From: Peribolospora baueri
Lineage: Eukaryota
Assembly: GCA_029717555.1 (NCBI GenBank)
Contig: JAMDHS010000081.1
Span: 1 to 64,000, forward strand
Length of the DNA: 64,000 nt
Direction of reading: 5' to 3'
The translations under genes and the position numbers were made by a program. The notes under the pieces were generated by a model that was not told where the DNA came from, searched no databases, and was given only the letters and a program-made list of their open reading frames with translations. Below are positions 1 to 12,257 of this stretch, piece by piece. Every line of letters starts with the position of its first letter. Position 1 is the stretch's first letter.

Positions 1-70
<70 letters not shown>
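1..70. repeat. poly(A) homopolymer at window edge (poly-T inside an SQT1 intron on the minus strand)
   Basis: About 70 consecutive A. Lies just inside a minus-strand GTGAGT donor at 102. The true length may be affected by assembly. Confidence 0.9.
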
Positions 71-75
<5 letters not shown>

Positions 76-102
76 GAGGCCAGGCGCGAAGCGTAAACTC
101 AC

Positions 103-1480
103 TTCATGCTTGATCTCACACCTCAACTTCATCGTCGTCACGTCCCACACGCAAGCCTTGCCATCCGTGCCGGCGGTGACGACCGCGCCGCCTGCCACAC
201 CGGCGAGTTCGACGAACTCGGCCGCCTCGACGCTCTCGCCCTCCGCGTGCCCCTCCAGGGCGCCGATGACGGTTCCCGTGACGAGGTTGACGAGCCTAGA
301 CCCACCCGACGCTCCTCCCGCCAAGGCGAGCGTGGATGCCGGGTTGATGCACAGCGAGACGATGCCGCCGTCCATGTTGAAGCGCTGGTCTTCGGGGGAG
401 AATTTGTGCACTGGTGTCGTGGAGCGCGGATCCCAGAGAATCAAGGTCGAGTCCTCCGAAGCAGTGAGCAGTCGTTTGCCTGGGAAACGAGTCGAGCGGG
501 GTCAGGAGGGGAGGAGAAGAGCGACGCAGAAAGACGTGAGCGAGGATCGCGAGCGGAAGCTTGTAGATGACGGGATCAGGCGGCCTGGCGACTCACCGTC
601 CGGAGTGAATCGTCCGCAGGTGACGGGTCCGGTATGACCGACGAAGACGTTCATGGTGTTGCCAGTGGGCACTGCAGGAGGGAAGAACGGTCATGGGTTT
701 GAGCTGAAGTCTTTAAACGGAAAATTGATGAACATGACCCACACTGCCACATCCAGACTGTCGAGTCTGTCGCACCAGCAGCAAGGACGTTGCCTTTGAG
801 GTGCCATGCGAGCCACTACGGAGGCGCGTGAAATAGGGAGCGAAAAGGACAGACGACCAGTCAATAGCACGAACGGGGGGACGGCCTCGTTCAAAAAAAC
901 GCAGCCAAGGCCAACTCACAACGACTTCGTCGGGCCCCTCCAAATTGGTCAAGAACTCCCAGTTGGCCCACGCCTCGGCGCTGTCCTGAGCCGCGCCGTT
1001 CTTCACCCTCCTCCACACCCGCACCTTGCCGTCCATACCACCCGTCGCTGCGAGCTGGCCGTCGGCGCTCCAACCAACGGCCACAACGCTGTCCGAGTGT
1101 CCTCCAAGCTTGACCACCTCCGATCCGTCTAGTGTGCTCCAGATGTAGCCATTGTCGTCGCCACCTCCGGAGATCGCAAGTGGAGGGTTGGGGAAGGAGG
1201 GATGAAGGGAAAGGGCGAAGAGCGAGTCTCGGTGAGAGTAGAAAGCAGCGATGGACGTATCCTCAAACACCTCTCGCCCCATCCCCTCGCCCTCTCCTGC
1301 ACCGTGCCCACTGCCACCCTCGTGGCCGTCCATCTCGTCGTCGTCGTCGTCCATGGGCGCGCCACCGGACGGATCCACGGTGGCATCTTCCTCGACCTCG
1401 TCCACGCCGATGAACGCATCCTCTTCCCTACCGGCCTCTTCCTGCTGATTTTCGACCAGCTCTCCGTGGTCCGTTTCCAT
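103..1480 (-). CDS. SQT1: WD40-repeat ribosome assembly chaperone Sqt1/AAMP-like (3' end outside window)
   Basis: Acidic N-terminus followed by WD40 repeats (GGGDDNGYIW, GHSDSV, TGGMDGKVRVW, AGATDSTVWMW, GHTGPVTCGRF, TASEDSTLILWD). Exons about 1480-920, 815-743, 671-597 and 479-103 with GT-AG introns. Confidence 0.85.
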
Positions 1481-1584
1481 AGTGGAGACTGGCTGGCTGA
1501 TTGGGGAGATCGAGTCGAAGAAGTGGGGGGGACGAGTGGAGCGCTATGCGAAGTTAAGAAGACGGCCAATGCTACCAACCGCCT

Positions 1585-2241
1585 CTAAGTCCGAAGGCGG
1601 TCCGGAGGAAATGCTGCGGCAAATAACCGGTCACGTGGAGGACCAGGCCCTTGACTTGGCATAGGAGATCTCTCCCGCTGCGTCTCAGAACTGGCCGTGA
1701 TCGTGGTCGTCCTCAGCTGTGTCCATCCCTTCTCTTTGCCGCCATAGGTACCGAGGCGCAGTAAGAGCCCGGCGAGAGGGAGGTCATGATCCAGGCCATT
1801 TGGGACCAGGCCTCTCAGCAACTTCCTGAGGGCCTGGACGGGTCGTGAGCCATAAAGGGCTGGGGTCGGCTCCTAAGATCTGCAACTGCTGGAGAATGTC
1901 CTGGATACCTAGACCATCCTTCGGGTGTCGCTTTATGGTCTCTGCGACGTCTAAAGCTGCTGAGTGAGGTGTTGAGGCTCGCGCTCGTCCTCTCCATGTT
2001 CGATCTTGAGTGGCTCGAAGTCTGGTATTCGTAAATGCTGGAGAATGTCCTGGATAGCTGGATAATGCTCCCGGTGTCGCTTTATGGTGTCTGCAGCATT
2101 CGAAGCTGCTTGGTGTGTGGCTGAGACTTGCAAGGGCCGCTGATCGGTTTGGGGATGGTGCTGCCTGACGGGGCCGGCTTTCCGAGTGTGCCGAGGTCCT
2201 CGGTCGAAGCGGGACGCTCTTCCCTTCTCTTTTCTTGTCAT
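1585..2241 (-). pseudogene. orphan ORF with an internal two-copy repeat broken by a frameshift (probable pseudogene)
   Basis: ATG at 2241 in good context (GCCACCACCATG). Repeats AASNAADTIKRH..IQDILQHL and AALDVAETIKRH..IQDILQQL are 149 bp apart, so in different frames. Several stops lie downstream. Confidence 0.35.
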
Positions 2242-2515
2242 GGTGGTGGCTTTACACTGTATCTCCCTCTGGCTGGTCCAACAACTGTTTCTGTTGTTGC
2301 ACGTCCGGTCGATCTCTCACGATGTATTCATTCGCACGTATGTATTAATCAAGTAGCTCGACCGGGACTTTTACTTTGTTTTATTTCGACATGGTTGACC
2401 GTTAACCCGATTATATAAGCTGATAACGGTTCCGTGTAGCGCGCTGTGGATAACATCAGTGCCTCACTACGACGACAACGACTACGACGCCAACGGAAGA
2501 GAGACGAGACAGGAA

Positions 2516-3404
2516 ATGGCGAGCGACGCCGTCTCTTTGCCTCTCGAGACGAGCTTGTGGTGCTTACCCTCCCGGTCCCCTTTTACCACCCTGACACAAA
2601 TGGACAGGCTCCCTCTACGCCCTTCGCCCTGCCACACACGGCCAGCTCCAATTTATCCCGTACGACGCCTCGCTCGGCAATGACCTTTCAGTGTGTGGGA
2701 AAGCGCAGGTGTTGAACACACACGATGCATGGAAGGGAAAGAAGGTGGGTCTGGTACCGTCCTGTCGAATAGACGGATACGAGGAGCCTAACTCGAGGTC
2801 GTCGACTTGCATTGGATGGTGTCCTAGGTGGTCGTCTTCGCCGTACCAGGAGCGTTCTCCCCCGTGAGTGGCAGGCATCTTTCTAAACCTGCGTCGTCCC
2901 CATAGCGCTCGCTCTCTCTCAATTGTCCATTCTGCCCCACGCTGCCCCATGTCATTAACCTTGGCCCAGACCTGCTCAGCCTCACACCTGCCCTCGTACA
3001 TCCAGCTCGCGTCGCTGCTCAAATCGAAAGGGGTGGAGGAGATGGCGTGTGTCAGCGCGGACTCGCACTGGGTCATGAGCGCTTGGGGAAGGGCGACGGG
3101 AGCGAGCGAGAAGGGCATTGTCATGCTGAGCGACCCGAAAGGGGAGTGGCTCAAGCAGCTGGGGAAGGAGTTCTGGGACGAGGGCAGGGAGAAGTGAGTG
3201 TCCTCTCTTCGTCGCCTGGTCTCGGACATCCACCAACGGATGCGCTCATCTCTACCGCTTCCTGCTTGCTGCACAACCGTTTATCTCAGGCCACAGCGCT
3301 TCGCCGTCATCGTCGAGGATCTGCGGGTCACGCACGTCGGGCTGGAGACGGAGAAAGGCGTGGTCGGCGTCAGCGGCGCCGAGGAGGTGCTCAAGGCCCT
3401 TTGA
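2516..3404 (+). CDS. Prx5/Ahp1/Pmp20-type peroxiredoxin (redoxin family); 5' end unresolved
   Basis: Spliced peptide LQFIPYDASLGNDLSVCGK..WKGKK/VVVFAVPGAFSP/TCSASHLP..DSHWVMSAWG..LSDP/RFAVIVEDLRVTHVG..VSGAEEVLKAL*. The peroxidatic PxxxxxxC motif is intact. No ATG joins this frame by a simple canonical splice. Confidence 0.85.
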
Positions 3405-3980
3405 CCTGGCTGGATGGAAGATTGCGGTGGAAAGCGGAGAAAGGAAGAGAACTAGAGGATCCGTCCCGAAGGCACCAGTCGGATTGTATCTAGACATGGA
3501 CGAAGCACTCCATCCATCCTTCCCATCGATATCTCTCCATGGCGTTCCCCTCCGTCGCACGCCATGTCAGCAGACCAACCGCAAGTCCATCTTCGCACCT
3601 ACCTCCCGTCTCAGCATGGGGAGTATGTCTATGAGACCCGCCGAGGGTGTCAACGTCCCTCGGCAGATATAGGGACTTGGATTCGACACTGCAGCGCCAA
3701 GTCCATCAGTACCAATCCCCACCCATCCCAGCCGTCGTCGGCCGTATCGGTACGTTGACGGGGCGACAGAACCTCAAACGTCGATGTCCCTCTCTGCTTT
3801 CCTGGTACACTCGACACACTCCATGGCGCCCAGGCGCACTCGCTGTGACTTACTCTGCCTTCTGCCTGCCGAGTGAGGTTGTCTATATATACAGCTCCTG
3901 GCATCGCCGAATGCCCTCTCTCTTGCGACCACAGTCACGAGCACGTCCACCGCCTTCGCCCCTCTTCTCTCTGCCTCAAC

Positions 3981-5257
3981 ATGTCCGCCTCCGCTCTGCC
4001 TGAGCTGCGTCTCATTCACGGCTTGTATCCCTCTCCCTGTGAGCACTGCTCCATATCCGAGCCTGCTCGCTCTCGTCCAGGAGCACCCATCGCTCCTCTC
4101 TCCTGATCCTCCGCTCGTTCCGCCGCACTCCCTCACCTCCCGCCTTGCTCGAGGACAGACACGCGCAAGGTCGTCGTCGCCGCGCGAGAGCTCGGTCTTG
4201 ACCAGCACCTCAAGCTCGAGGCAGCGAGTGAGTGCTGATCGTCCGTGAGCGCCGTTCGGTGGCGGAACGAACGGGCCCCCAGTCCCGTCGTTCGCCGTTC
4301 ACACGACCTTGCCGTCCTCGCTTTGTCGGCGAAGCCATCGGCTGGAATGTTCCCACCTCTGCCAAGGAGGGCGAGATCCCCTACGAAAAGTACAACCCCA
4401 CCGCTAAGATAGGTAGACGATGGCTAGCCACTACTGCAGCCCATGACCTGGCTTGCACAGCAAACGCGCGACCTGCGCATCTGACTAGCGGCACCACGGT
4501 GTCCTTCTTCCGATGCCTCGCAGATCCCGATCTTCATATCCACTCCCGCGGACGGCAGCCCACCGTCAACCTATTTTGGCTCGCAGAACATCATCCAATA
4601 CCTTGACGCCCTCGCTGGAGGCGATAAGCTGCTTCCTGCCGCTCCCGGTCCCGAAGGGATGGTGAAGAGGGTCGACGAGCTGGTCTTGGAGGCCATCTCT
4701 GACGGTCTGCTCGACGCGTCGGTTTTGATGGCGGTTGAGAATATAGTAAGGGTGAGTGAGAGAAGAGGGGCGAGACTCTTCTTCGTCACCGCTCTCAGGC
4801 GGACGATAGCCGCCCGCACTCGCGCCCACTTCCATGCTCACTTTTTCCCTTGGACACCCACTCTGTCTTCTCCACCTTGTCAATCCCGTGTGCTTAGCCC
4901 GAAGCTCTGAGGTGGCCCGAGTGGTACTCTGGCCAGCGTGTCAAGGTCATCCGCGCCCTGCACGCCCTGGCCGCCCGCGCACCCTCGCCGGCCTCCGCGT
5001 CCGCGTCCTTTGCGGACGACGCGTCCACCCCCGCTGACCTGTCCGGCGCTCGCCTTGCCGATCCGGAGGACCCGTCGTCGGAGACCCCCCCGCTCTCCGT
5101 CGGGAATATCGCGGCGGCCTGCGCGCTGTGGTTCCTCGACCTGCACTTCGCGGACGAAATCAAGTGGAGGGAGATACCCGGCGTCGGGGAGCGCCTCGCC
5201 CCTTGGTATGACAAGGTGTCCCAGAGGCCTAGTTGGCGCCCTTTCCCAGAGGCCTAG
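3981..5257 (+). CDS. glutathione S-transferase, bacterial YibF-like (possibly damaged)
   Basis: Five exons: SPYTRKVVVAARELG, NPTAKIP, SQNIIQYLD, LEAISDGLLDA, RPEALRWPEWYSGQRVKVIRAL, NIAAACALWFLDL, WYDKVSQRPSW. The intron 3 donor reads ATAGGT. There is a 23-bp duplication at the stop. Confidence 0.8.
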
Positions 5258-5778
5258 TTGGCGCCCGCACTGAGTCCTACCTACGTAGCGCCGAGCGGGC
5301 GACGCGCGGCATTGCACGGCACAATTCGTCGCTCGCTCGCTCGCTCGTCCTCTCTGTCTGTCTCCTCGCGACGACGATGTAGAAATCATTTGAGAATTCG
5401 AGAACACGGCAAGCAAAGGACGTACACACACGTATTTACATCGATCCATCGCATCCGCGCGACCCGCCACGCCGGACGGAAAGGGACGGAAGACGACAGC
5501 GGGGGGACTGCCGGGCGGAGAAGAGACTCGACGGGGTCCAAGCGGGCGAGCGATTCCATTCGTTCCATCCGAGTGCGTTCCTCAAATCAAGACTACAGGG
5601 CAAACGACGACGGGGAGAAGGGGTATATCGAGCCGCTCAACGGCGCAAGAGAAAGGAAAGGGATGGAGGGGGCAAGACAGCAGTTTGGGAAGGGATCGTT
5701 CGAGGGAAGGAAGGAAGGAAGAAGTCGGTCGAGACGAGGGGAGACCGTGGGAGGAGGGTAAAGCGAATGGCAGGTTGG

Positions 5779-8700
5779 TTACCATCCGAATATACGGAGG
5801 AGGAGGTATACCGTCGAGCCGAAGAATCGCACCGCGCCGAGGCCCGCGGTGCCCCAGAACAACGCCGTCTGGTATGGAGACACGATGACCGCTCTGCGGG
5901 AAAGAGAGAGGATGGGGGCAGAGTCAGCGAGCGGACCGCGAACGGACCGCGACGGCATCCGCCGATGGCACAGCCTGACGTCGCGCGCTCACTTAGGGTC
6001 ATTGTTGTAAAGCGTCTTGCGGACGTAATTGTTGAACCAGGTGCTCGTGAAGATGATAATCTGAGGGCGAGCGAGGAGCGCGAAAGCACGGGGTCAGCAC
6101 CGGTCCAGCGACTCGTGTCCTCGACGTCACTCACAAGCGCCGCGTTGACGGCGAACCAAATCAAGACAACTGTGAAAAAGCAACGAGGAGAGGCACATGG
6201 TGGATGAGCGAAAGACGAACAAAAAAGCACAGTTTTGAGGCAGAGCTCCGCTCGACCGACGCACCGTTTGTTCGGTAGTTGCGGTAGTCTGCGCCGGGCC
6301 AGGTCAAGGACATGCATGCCGAGAGAGGGAGAGGTAAGGGTGGGGTGAGCCGGGAAAGGAGCACCAAACGAAGTCTCAGAAATCCGATCGGATCGTCCAA
6401 CTCGCAATTCGGCACTCACGGTCTTCTTGTTTGGTGGCAGCGTCGCGCTTCTTGTGCTCCTCCTTGTGGGGCGTCGCGAGTTCCTGGCGCATCTTGTTCC
6501 ACAGCTCGTCTACGTCCTCCCTCTTCTGGAGCACCTCCACCACGGCGACCTCCTTTCCGTCCTTGTTCACCGTCTTGGCGCCGCCGAGGTCCTTGGCGTT
6601 GTTGTCGCCCTTGGTGCCCCACGAGACGTCATGGAGGTTGCACATTGAGTAAATGCCGAGGACGGAGATGTAGGAGGGCATGAGGAAGAGGTACTGGAGG
6701 AAGGAGGTGAGCATGTGCCAGGGCTCAAAGTGGAGAAGGGAGGAGACGAGGTAGAGGACGTAAGTGGCGGCGAGGGCGATGACGATGTCTCGGAAGCTGT
6801 TTGTCTTGAGCAGCGTCAACATGTTGCTAGATGTCCAGCCCGACGCGTGATTCAAGCCGGCCTTGACGACGGCGAGGTAGATCGTCCATCCGGCGCAGTA
6901 GAGGACGAGGCCCATGATGACGGCGAAGAGGAGCATGGCCGAGGTGTAGGCGAAATTGGACCCCTGCGGGCGGTTTCCGAGCGAACAGATGACGAGGACG
7001 AGAATGAGGGCGATGTAGACGTTCTGCAGTACCTCAAGCACCGCCGTCCCTTCGCCCCAGAAGGGGTCGTGGGTGGTATCCTGGGTCGCGGATTGGACGA
7101 GGAAGAAGAAGGCGAGGAAAAAGTTGCCGATGGCGGTGAAGGTGAAGAGAAGCTGGACGAGGTTGTAGAGCCACTGGACCTGGAGCCAGATCTTGCGGAA
7201 GAAGCCTTGTCCGGAGGTCCAGATGCGGTAACCGAACACGGTGGCGTGGATCGAGGCGAAGAGCGAGCCATTGAGCCAGCGGCGACGTTGGGAGATGAAC
7301 TGCGAAAGCGGGAGCGCCAAGAGGCACGGGTGAGGCCCAGGGCGTCCGACTTCGGGACGAACAAGCAGACGGACAGGAGCTCACCTCTGGCACCCTATCA
7401 GGCACGTCGGTGGAAGCCTTTGCGCTCTTTACGTACTTGAGCACCCACGATTCGCGCTTCTTGGTCACAATCTCGAAGCAGAGGATGCGGTCCTCGGCAA
7501 GATACATGTTGGACTCGAACAGGCTCGCCGTGTGTGCGCCGGGAGCGTGCATGGCCTCGCCCTTGAAGTAGCTGTTCAGCGGGCCCGTGCCGTCATGGCT
7601 GTTGAGGAGGGCCTGGTAACGATAGGCGGAGAAGGCGCCAGGCAAGACGGAGATGTAGCCGAAGACGGACTCTAGGGGCTGTAAGAGGAAAAGGAAAAAG
7701 AGGAGAAGCGAAAGGCAAAGGAAAAGTAAGCATGGGCGGGAGGCCAAGGAATGGCAAATGTGGTCGTCTCGGAGGGAAGCGTACCTTGTCAAGAATGTTA
7801 GAAATCTTGTACTCAAAGTTCTGACTGGCGACAAGCGGGTTGATGAGCAGATAGCAGCCCCTGCCGGTATCGACGCAGATCTCTCCACATGCGCCACCGA
7901 CGTGCGAGTCCTTGTCAAAGGCCTTCCAGAGTTCGTAAATCGACGTTCCCGTCGGTTTGGTGCCGACGTCGATCAGCACGCATACGTTGGGTTTGAGCTG
8001 TGGGGAAAAGGCATTGAAGAACCAGCGGTGCGAGTTGAGCCTGCGATAGGGGGAAGCAGAGGCGAAGGCGATCTTTGTCAGCGCGGCGAGCGAGGAACGA
8101 CGAAGCGGATCACCCACTTCTTCTTGTTCTGCTCCTTGAGGCAAAAGAGCACCTGAACGGGACAGGTGCCAACAGAAATGTTGCCCTTGTCGTCGACGAT
8201 GACGTTGGTGGTATACTCGAACAAGTGCGCCTGCACGTCCTTGCCAGCCACCGTGTCCTTTGCGATGCCGTCCTGATAGCAGCCCATGAGCCCAAGGACC
8301 TGCAGTGGTTGGCAGAAGAAAAAGTCATGAGCTGTGAGAAAAAGGACTACGGACAGGGGAAAGTGATCCGCGCGGCGCACCTTCAGAGTCCTGTCATTGA
8401 TCTTCTGCCGCCCATCGCTGACAACGCAGACCACCACCTTCTTCCACGAGTCCGGGCCCCACGTCTTGGACCTAGTGCGCCCTTGAAGGTGAGCAATGTT
8501 TTTGATCACGGCGTTCATCGTGCGGACGAAGAGGATTTCGTCTGTGGCAGAAAAGACAAAGAATGGGAGAAAAGACAAAGAAACAAACCGAGGATCAGCA
8601 ATCGGCACTTCAAACATCTGGGTATGTATCTGGGCAATCACGGACGGTACCCACCTTCGTTATACATGGTAAGCACGATAAACAGCTCCGTCTGCCGGCC

Positions 8701-10047
8701 AAAAAGAAACTGCCTCAGGCTATACTTTTTCCTCACAAAATCGTCCGGGTCACACGTGACGGCGGTGTAGCGCATGTGCGTCGACTCGTCGCCGGATGTG
8801 CCGGCGGGTTTAGAGATGTTGCTGGGCACGGGACAGTCGAGGACGAGGTTGCCTTGCTGGAGCTCGACATGCTTGACGGTCTGTGGAAGAAGGGAGACGA
8901 GAAAGGAGAGAGTGAGCGGCGCCGGCCTAGCCAATAGACCTTGCCCACCCTCGTCGTGGACTCACCCTCTTCCTCATGATCCTCTCCCTAGCCTGGCTAT
9001 AAGCGCTGGGCGCATACCCCATTTGCGGGTCGGGCATTTGATAACCGCCCTTCCACCTGCCGCCACCGCCGCCGTAGTATGCGCCGGGTGAAGGAACGTC
9101 GCTGAACGTACCCATCGTGGGCGGGTAGCCGGGGCCGGTGCCATGGCCGTAGCCGAGGGAGGGCGGGGGAGCGTAATCGGGAGCGCCAGAGTTGTGGATG
9201 GACACCTCGGACATCTCCATCGCGTGGGCGTCGTACGGGGCGAGGTGCGTCGAGCTCTTGTAGCTCGCCCCGTCATCGTATGGCGCGCCGGTGGCAGACG
9301 AGTTGGCGTGGTGAAAACTGGGGCGGGCGTGTGCCGACGGGGTAGGGTCGTAGGCACTGGCGCCTCCGTAGCCGCCGTGGGGAGACTGGTAGGCCATGTC
9401 TCCGGCTGCGGGGTGGGGGTGGTTGTAAACGTGGTCGACGTTGCGAGATTGCAAAGGGTCGCCTACTCCTGCTCCGAATGCTGGGGAATGGGCAGGAGAG
9501 GCGGCGCCGTGAGAGCCGGAGTAGTAGTCGTTGACGAGGTCGTACTGGGCGCCACTGGTGACGCTGCTGGCGCCTCCGTCGCGGGAATGGGGGTCCGTGT
9601 AGCCGTCGGGCTCTTGGTGGAAGGGAAGCGGGGAGGCAGGGTGGAGGTTGACCTGGCTGGACGAGTCCTGGGCATAGAAGGGAGGTTGATGACCGGGCTG
9701 GATATACCCGGTCGGGGTCGGCGACGGTGAAACGTTGTGCGTCCTCACGCCCGGCGTGGAGGCTTGCCTGGTAGTGTCGATGGACGAGGGGCGATGGAAG
9801 GCGAAGGGGAAGAGGGGCAAAAACGATGATCAGCGCCGCCGCCGCCGAGGTGTTATGAATGAACGGGCGAAGAAGCCAAGGCGAGATGAGGGTAGCGGGC
9901 CGGACGGGGTGTCAAGACGACGCGACACGCGACGGGGACGGCAACGACGACGGCGTTCTACATCCTGCATCGCTCTCAGTCCATCCATCTCGGACGAGAC
10001 GAGACGAGACGATACTACTGCTACTACGACGACTACTGCTACTACGA

Positions 10048-10078
<31 letters not shown>

Positions 10079-10237
10079 GACGACGAGAACGACCAAGTTG
10101 GCCATGCGACGGACGACGACTCTGCGCACGCGTCATGCGGTCTGGTCTGTCTCCCTGCCACGGGTGATCACCGGCAGCGAGGGCAAGCGGGGCGTCACTC
10201 ACCTGCGGGGCTTGTGGGGCTGTTCGTAGTAGGCCAT
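5779..10237 (-). CDS. CHS: chitin synthase, division 1 (class I/II-type)
   Basis: Motifs [90 protein letters not shown]. Multi-TM C-terminus ends LRIFGW*. First exon 10237-10203 ([11 protein letters not shown]). Confidence 0.95.
10012..10085. repeat. compound (TAC/GAC/TGC)n trinucleotide microsatellite in chitin synthase intron 1
   Basis: tactactgctactacgacgactac...gacgacgac run. Confidence 0.85.
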
Positions 10238-10301
10238 GGCGTGAGAGGGGGAGGGATGGAAGGACGAAGGGGGCGAAGGAGAGAGGGTGCCGTCAAGGGA
10301 G

Positions 10302-10338
<37 letters not shown>

Positions 10339-11675
10339 AGCGAAGGAGGGTGGGGCGGAGAAGGTGGACAAGGAGAGGGCGGGGACGCGGGGGGAGGGAG
10401 CGGGGAAGGGGGCGTTCGGGGCAAGGGGAGCGAGAGGGAGGGTGAGGGTGAGAGAAGGGTTAGAGAGAGGAATGGAGAAGAGAGCGAAGAGAAGAAAGAC
10501 AAGATGTGGTCAGTGCGACGTCGATCCAGCGGGCGCACGTTTGACTGCTGATCATCATCCCAATCTGATCCCCACCGCGGAGACAGTCGCCGCAGCAGTG
10601 CCGCAGCAGAGGCGACGCCGACTGTGCCGAACGGTCATCCACCTCAACGCGCTGCCCTCGGCCACATCCTCATCCACAAGACGAAGACAGATAGACAGAC
10701 AGACGCCCGAGAGCAGTAGGAAAGCGCGCCGAGATCGCCATCACCATCCCATCCCGTCCCCTTCTTGCCTCGCCTCGTCACTCGCGTCGCTCACCTTGTC
10801 GTGGAATATTGGCGACGCCATCCTTGCTCTCTCTCTTCCTTTTCCTTTTCCTTTTCCGTTCGTACCTCTTCCTCCTCTGTAACCCTTATCTTATCCTTCC
10901 TTTTTCGACCCCAGTCCCAACTCGGCTTGACCTCCTTTTACTTCGCTTTCACTTCACGTCAGCCGCCGCAGACGGACGGACGGGCGTGCGTGCGTGGATA
11001 GGATAGAAGCCGGCACAGCGGGTCGACGAGGCAGGCAGGCAGAGAAACGCAAAGCGACGTCGGGTGGGCGAGATGACAAACGAGCGTGGGTGCCGGTGTC
11101 GGCGTCGGTGTCGGGGCGGACGGTAGGGAAGGGAAGGAGGTAGGGGCGGATGAGAGGGGGTCGGGGGGAAGGGTGCGGAGACGGACGATGGTGGAGAAGG
11201 ACGAGGTTGGGTGGAGAAGGGGATAGCGAGCTCGCCTTGGCCCCCTCCCCCTCCTCCGGCGGTCCGTCCGACGCCGCCCAGCCAGACAGACGAGTCTGAG
11301 ACCTGCACTGAGACTCGCTCGCTCGCTCGCACTGGTTTCGCTTGGCTTAGCTTGGCTCGCATAACGAACAGCCGGCGCTATCCTCGATTCCTCCTCCACC
11401 AATGCTCCCCCTCCGCGCCGAGCCCTGAGCGCCAGCGTCCGTCGGCGCCGAATCGATTCCGTCTTCCGTCTTCCGTCTTCCGTCCGTCTTCCGTCGTCCC
11501 ACGTCCTTCCCTCTCCTCTGGTGCCCACCCGCGTCCGACCGGGTCCTCTTTCTCGTCCTCGTCGCCTTCGACCGAGCCGCACAGACTGATACGCATGTGC
11601 GGTCGACCATCCTTCTCTCTCACGGTCCGTACCTGGCCCAGATCACCATGTAGACTAGCTCATGTAAATCGGTGG

Positions 11676-11688
11676 AGGGTTAGGGTTA
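11676..11688. promoter_or_regulatory. interstitial telomere-like motif (telo-box) AGGGTTAGGGTTA
   Basis: About two TTAGGG units, upstream of the chitin synthase 5' region. Regulatory role is inferred. Confidence 0.4.
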
Positions 11689-12257
11689 CCCAATCACCAC
11701 GGAATCCATCCATCCTTGCCAGCCTTCACCTCAGCTATCCGTACATTCTGTTGGATATATGCGATCGACGGTTAGCTCAGATGTATGTACAGTGATTGTG
11801 TTCGAGTTGATGGTTTACTCGTACAAGGATGGGAACCGCAGAGGAAAAGGAAAAAGGGGCAGACGAAACAGCACAGCTGTCTACATGGTCATGTCCGCTT
11901 TCCGCCGCGTATCCCCGGTGCTTGTCGCCGCCAATCTCGTTGAGTTCGAGTTCTATTGGGAGCGGTGCACGTGCGCGCGGACCAGGTTTTCCTAATCACC
12001 GTACCTGGTCACAGTAAGCCTACCTCTGCTTACAGGCCTACCGTGGTCTGTTCGGGTCGAACAAACAGGCACCAAGTCGCGGAAAGAATGAGCATGGCCT
12101 GCAGGCCAACAGTACACAGGGAAGACTACCAAACACACATTCACATACGAGGCAGGAAACAACAAGATTATACTTAAAATAACAAACGAATAAAAATGCC
12201 AATGACTTGTTAATTGCGACGCGGCTGGGCAAAAAAGGAAAACAAAAAAAGAAGCCG

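Noticed and set aside
1..70. poly(A) as a retro-element or mRNA tail
   Set aside because: It lies at the window edge inside an SQT1 intron with no adjacent element. A homopolymer or assembly edge is more likely.
3640..3665. 8-bp inverted repeat GCCGAGGG..CCCTCGGC as a terminator or RNA element
   Set aside because: Short GC hairpins are expected by chance here, and nothing else supports it.
9735..11795. Many low-complexity ORFs (poly-T/V/S/R)
   Set aside because: They derive from microsatellites and purine/pyrimidine tracts in the chitin synthase intron and leader.
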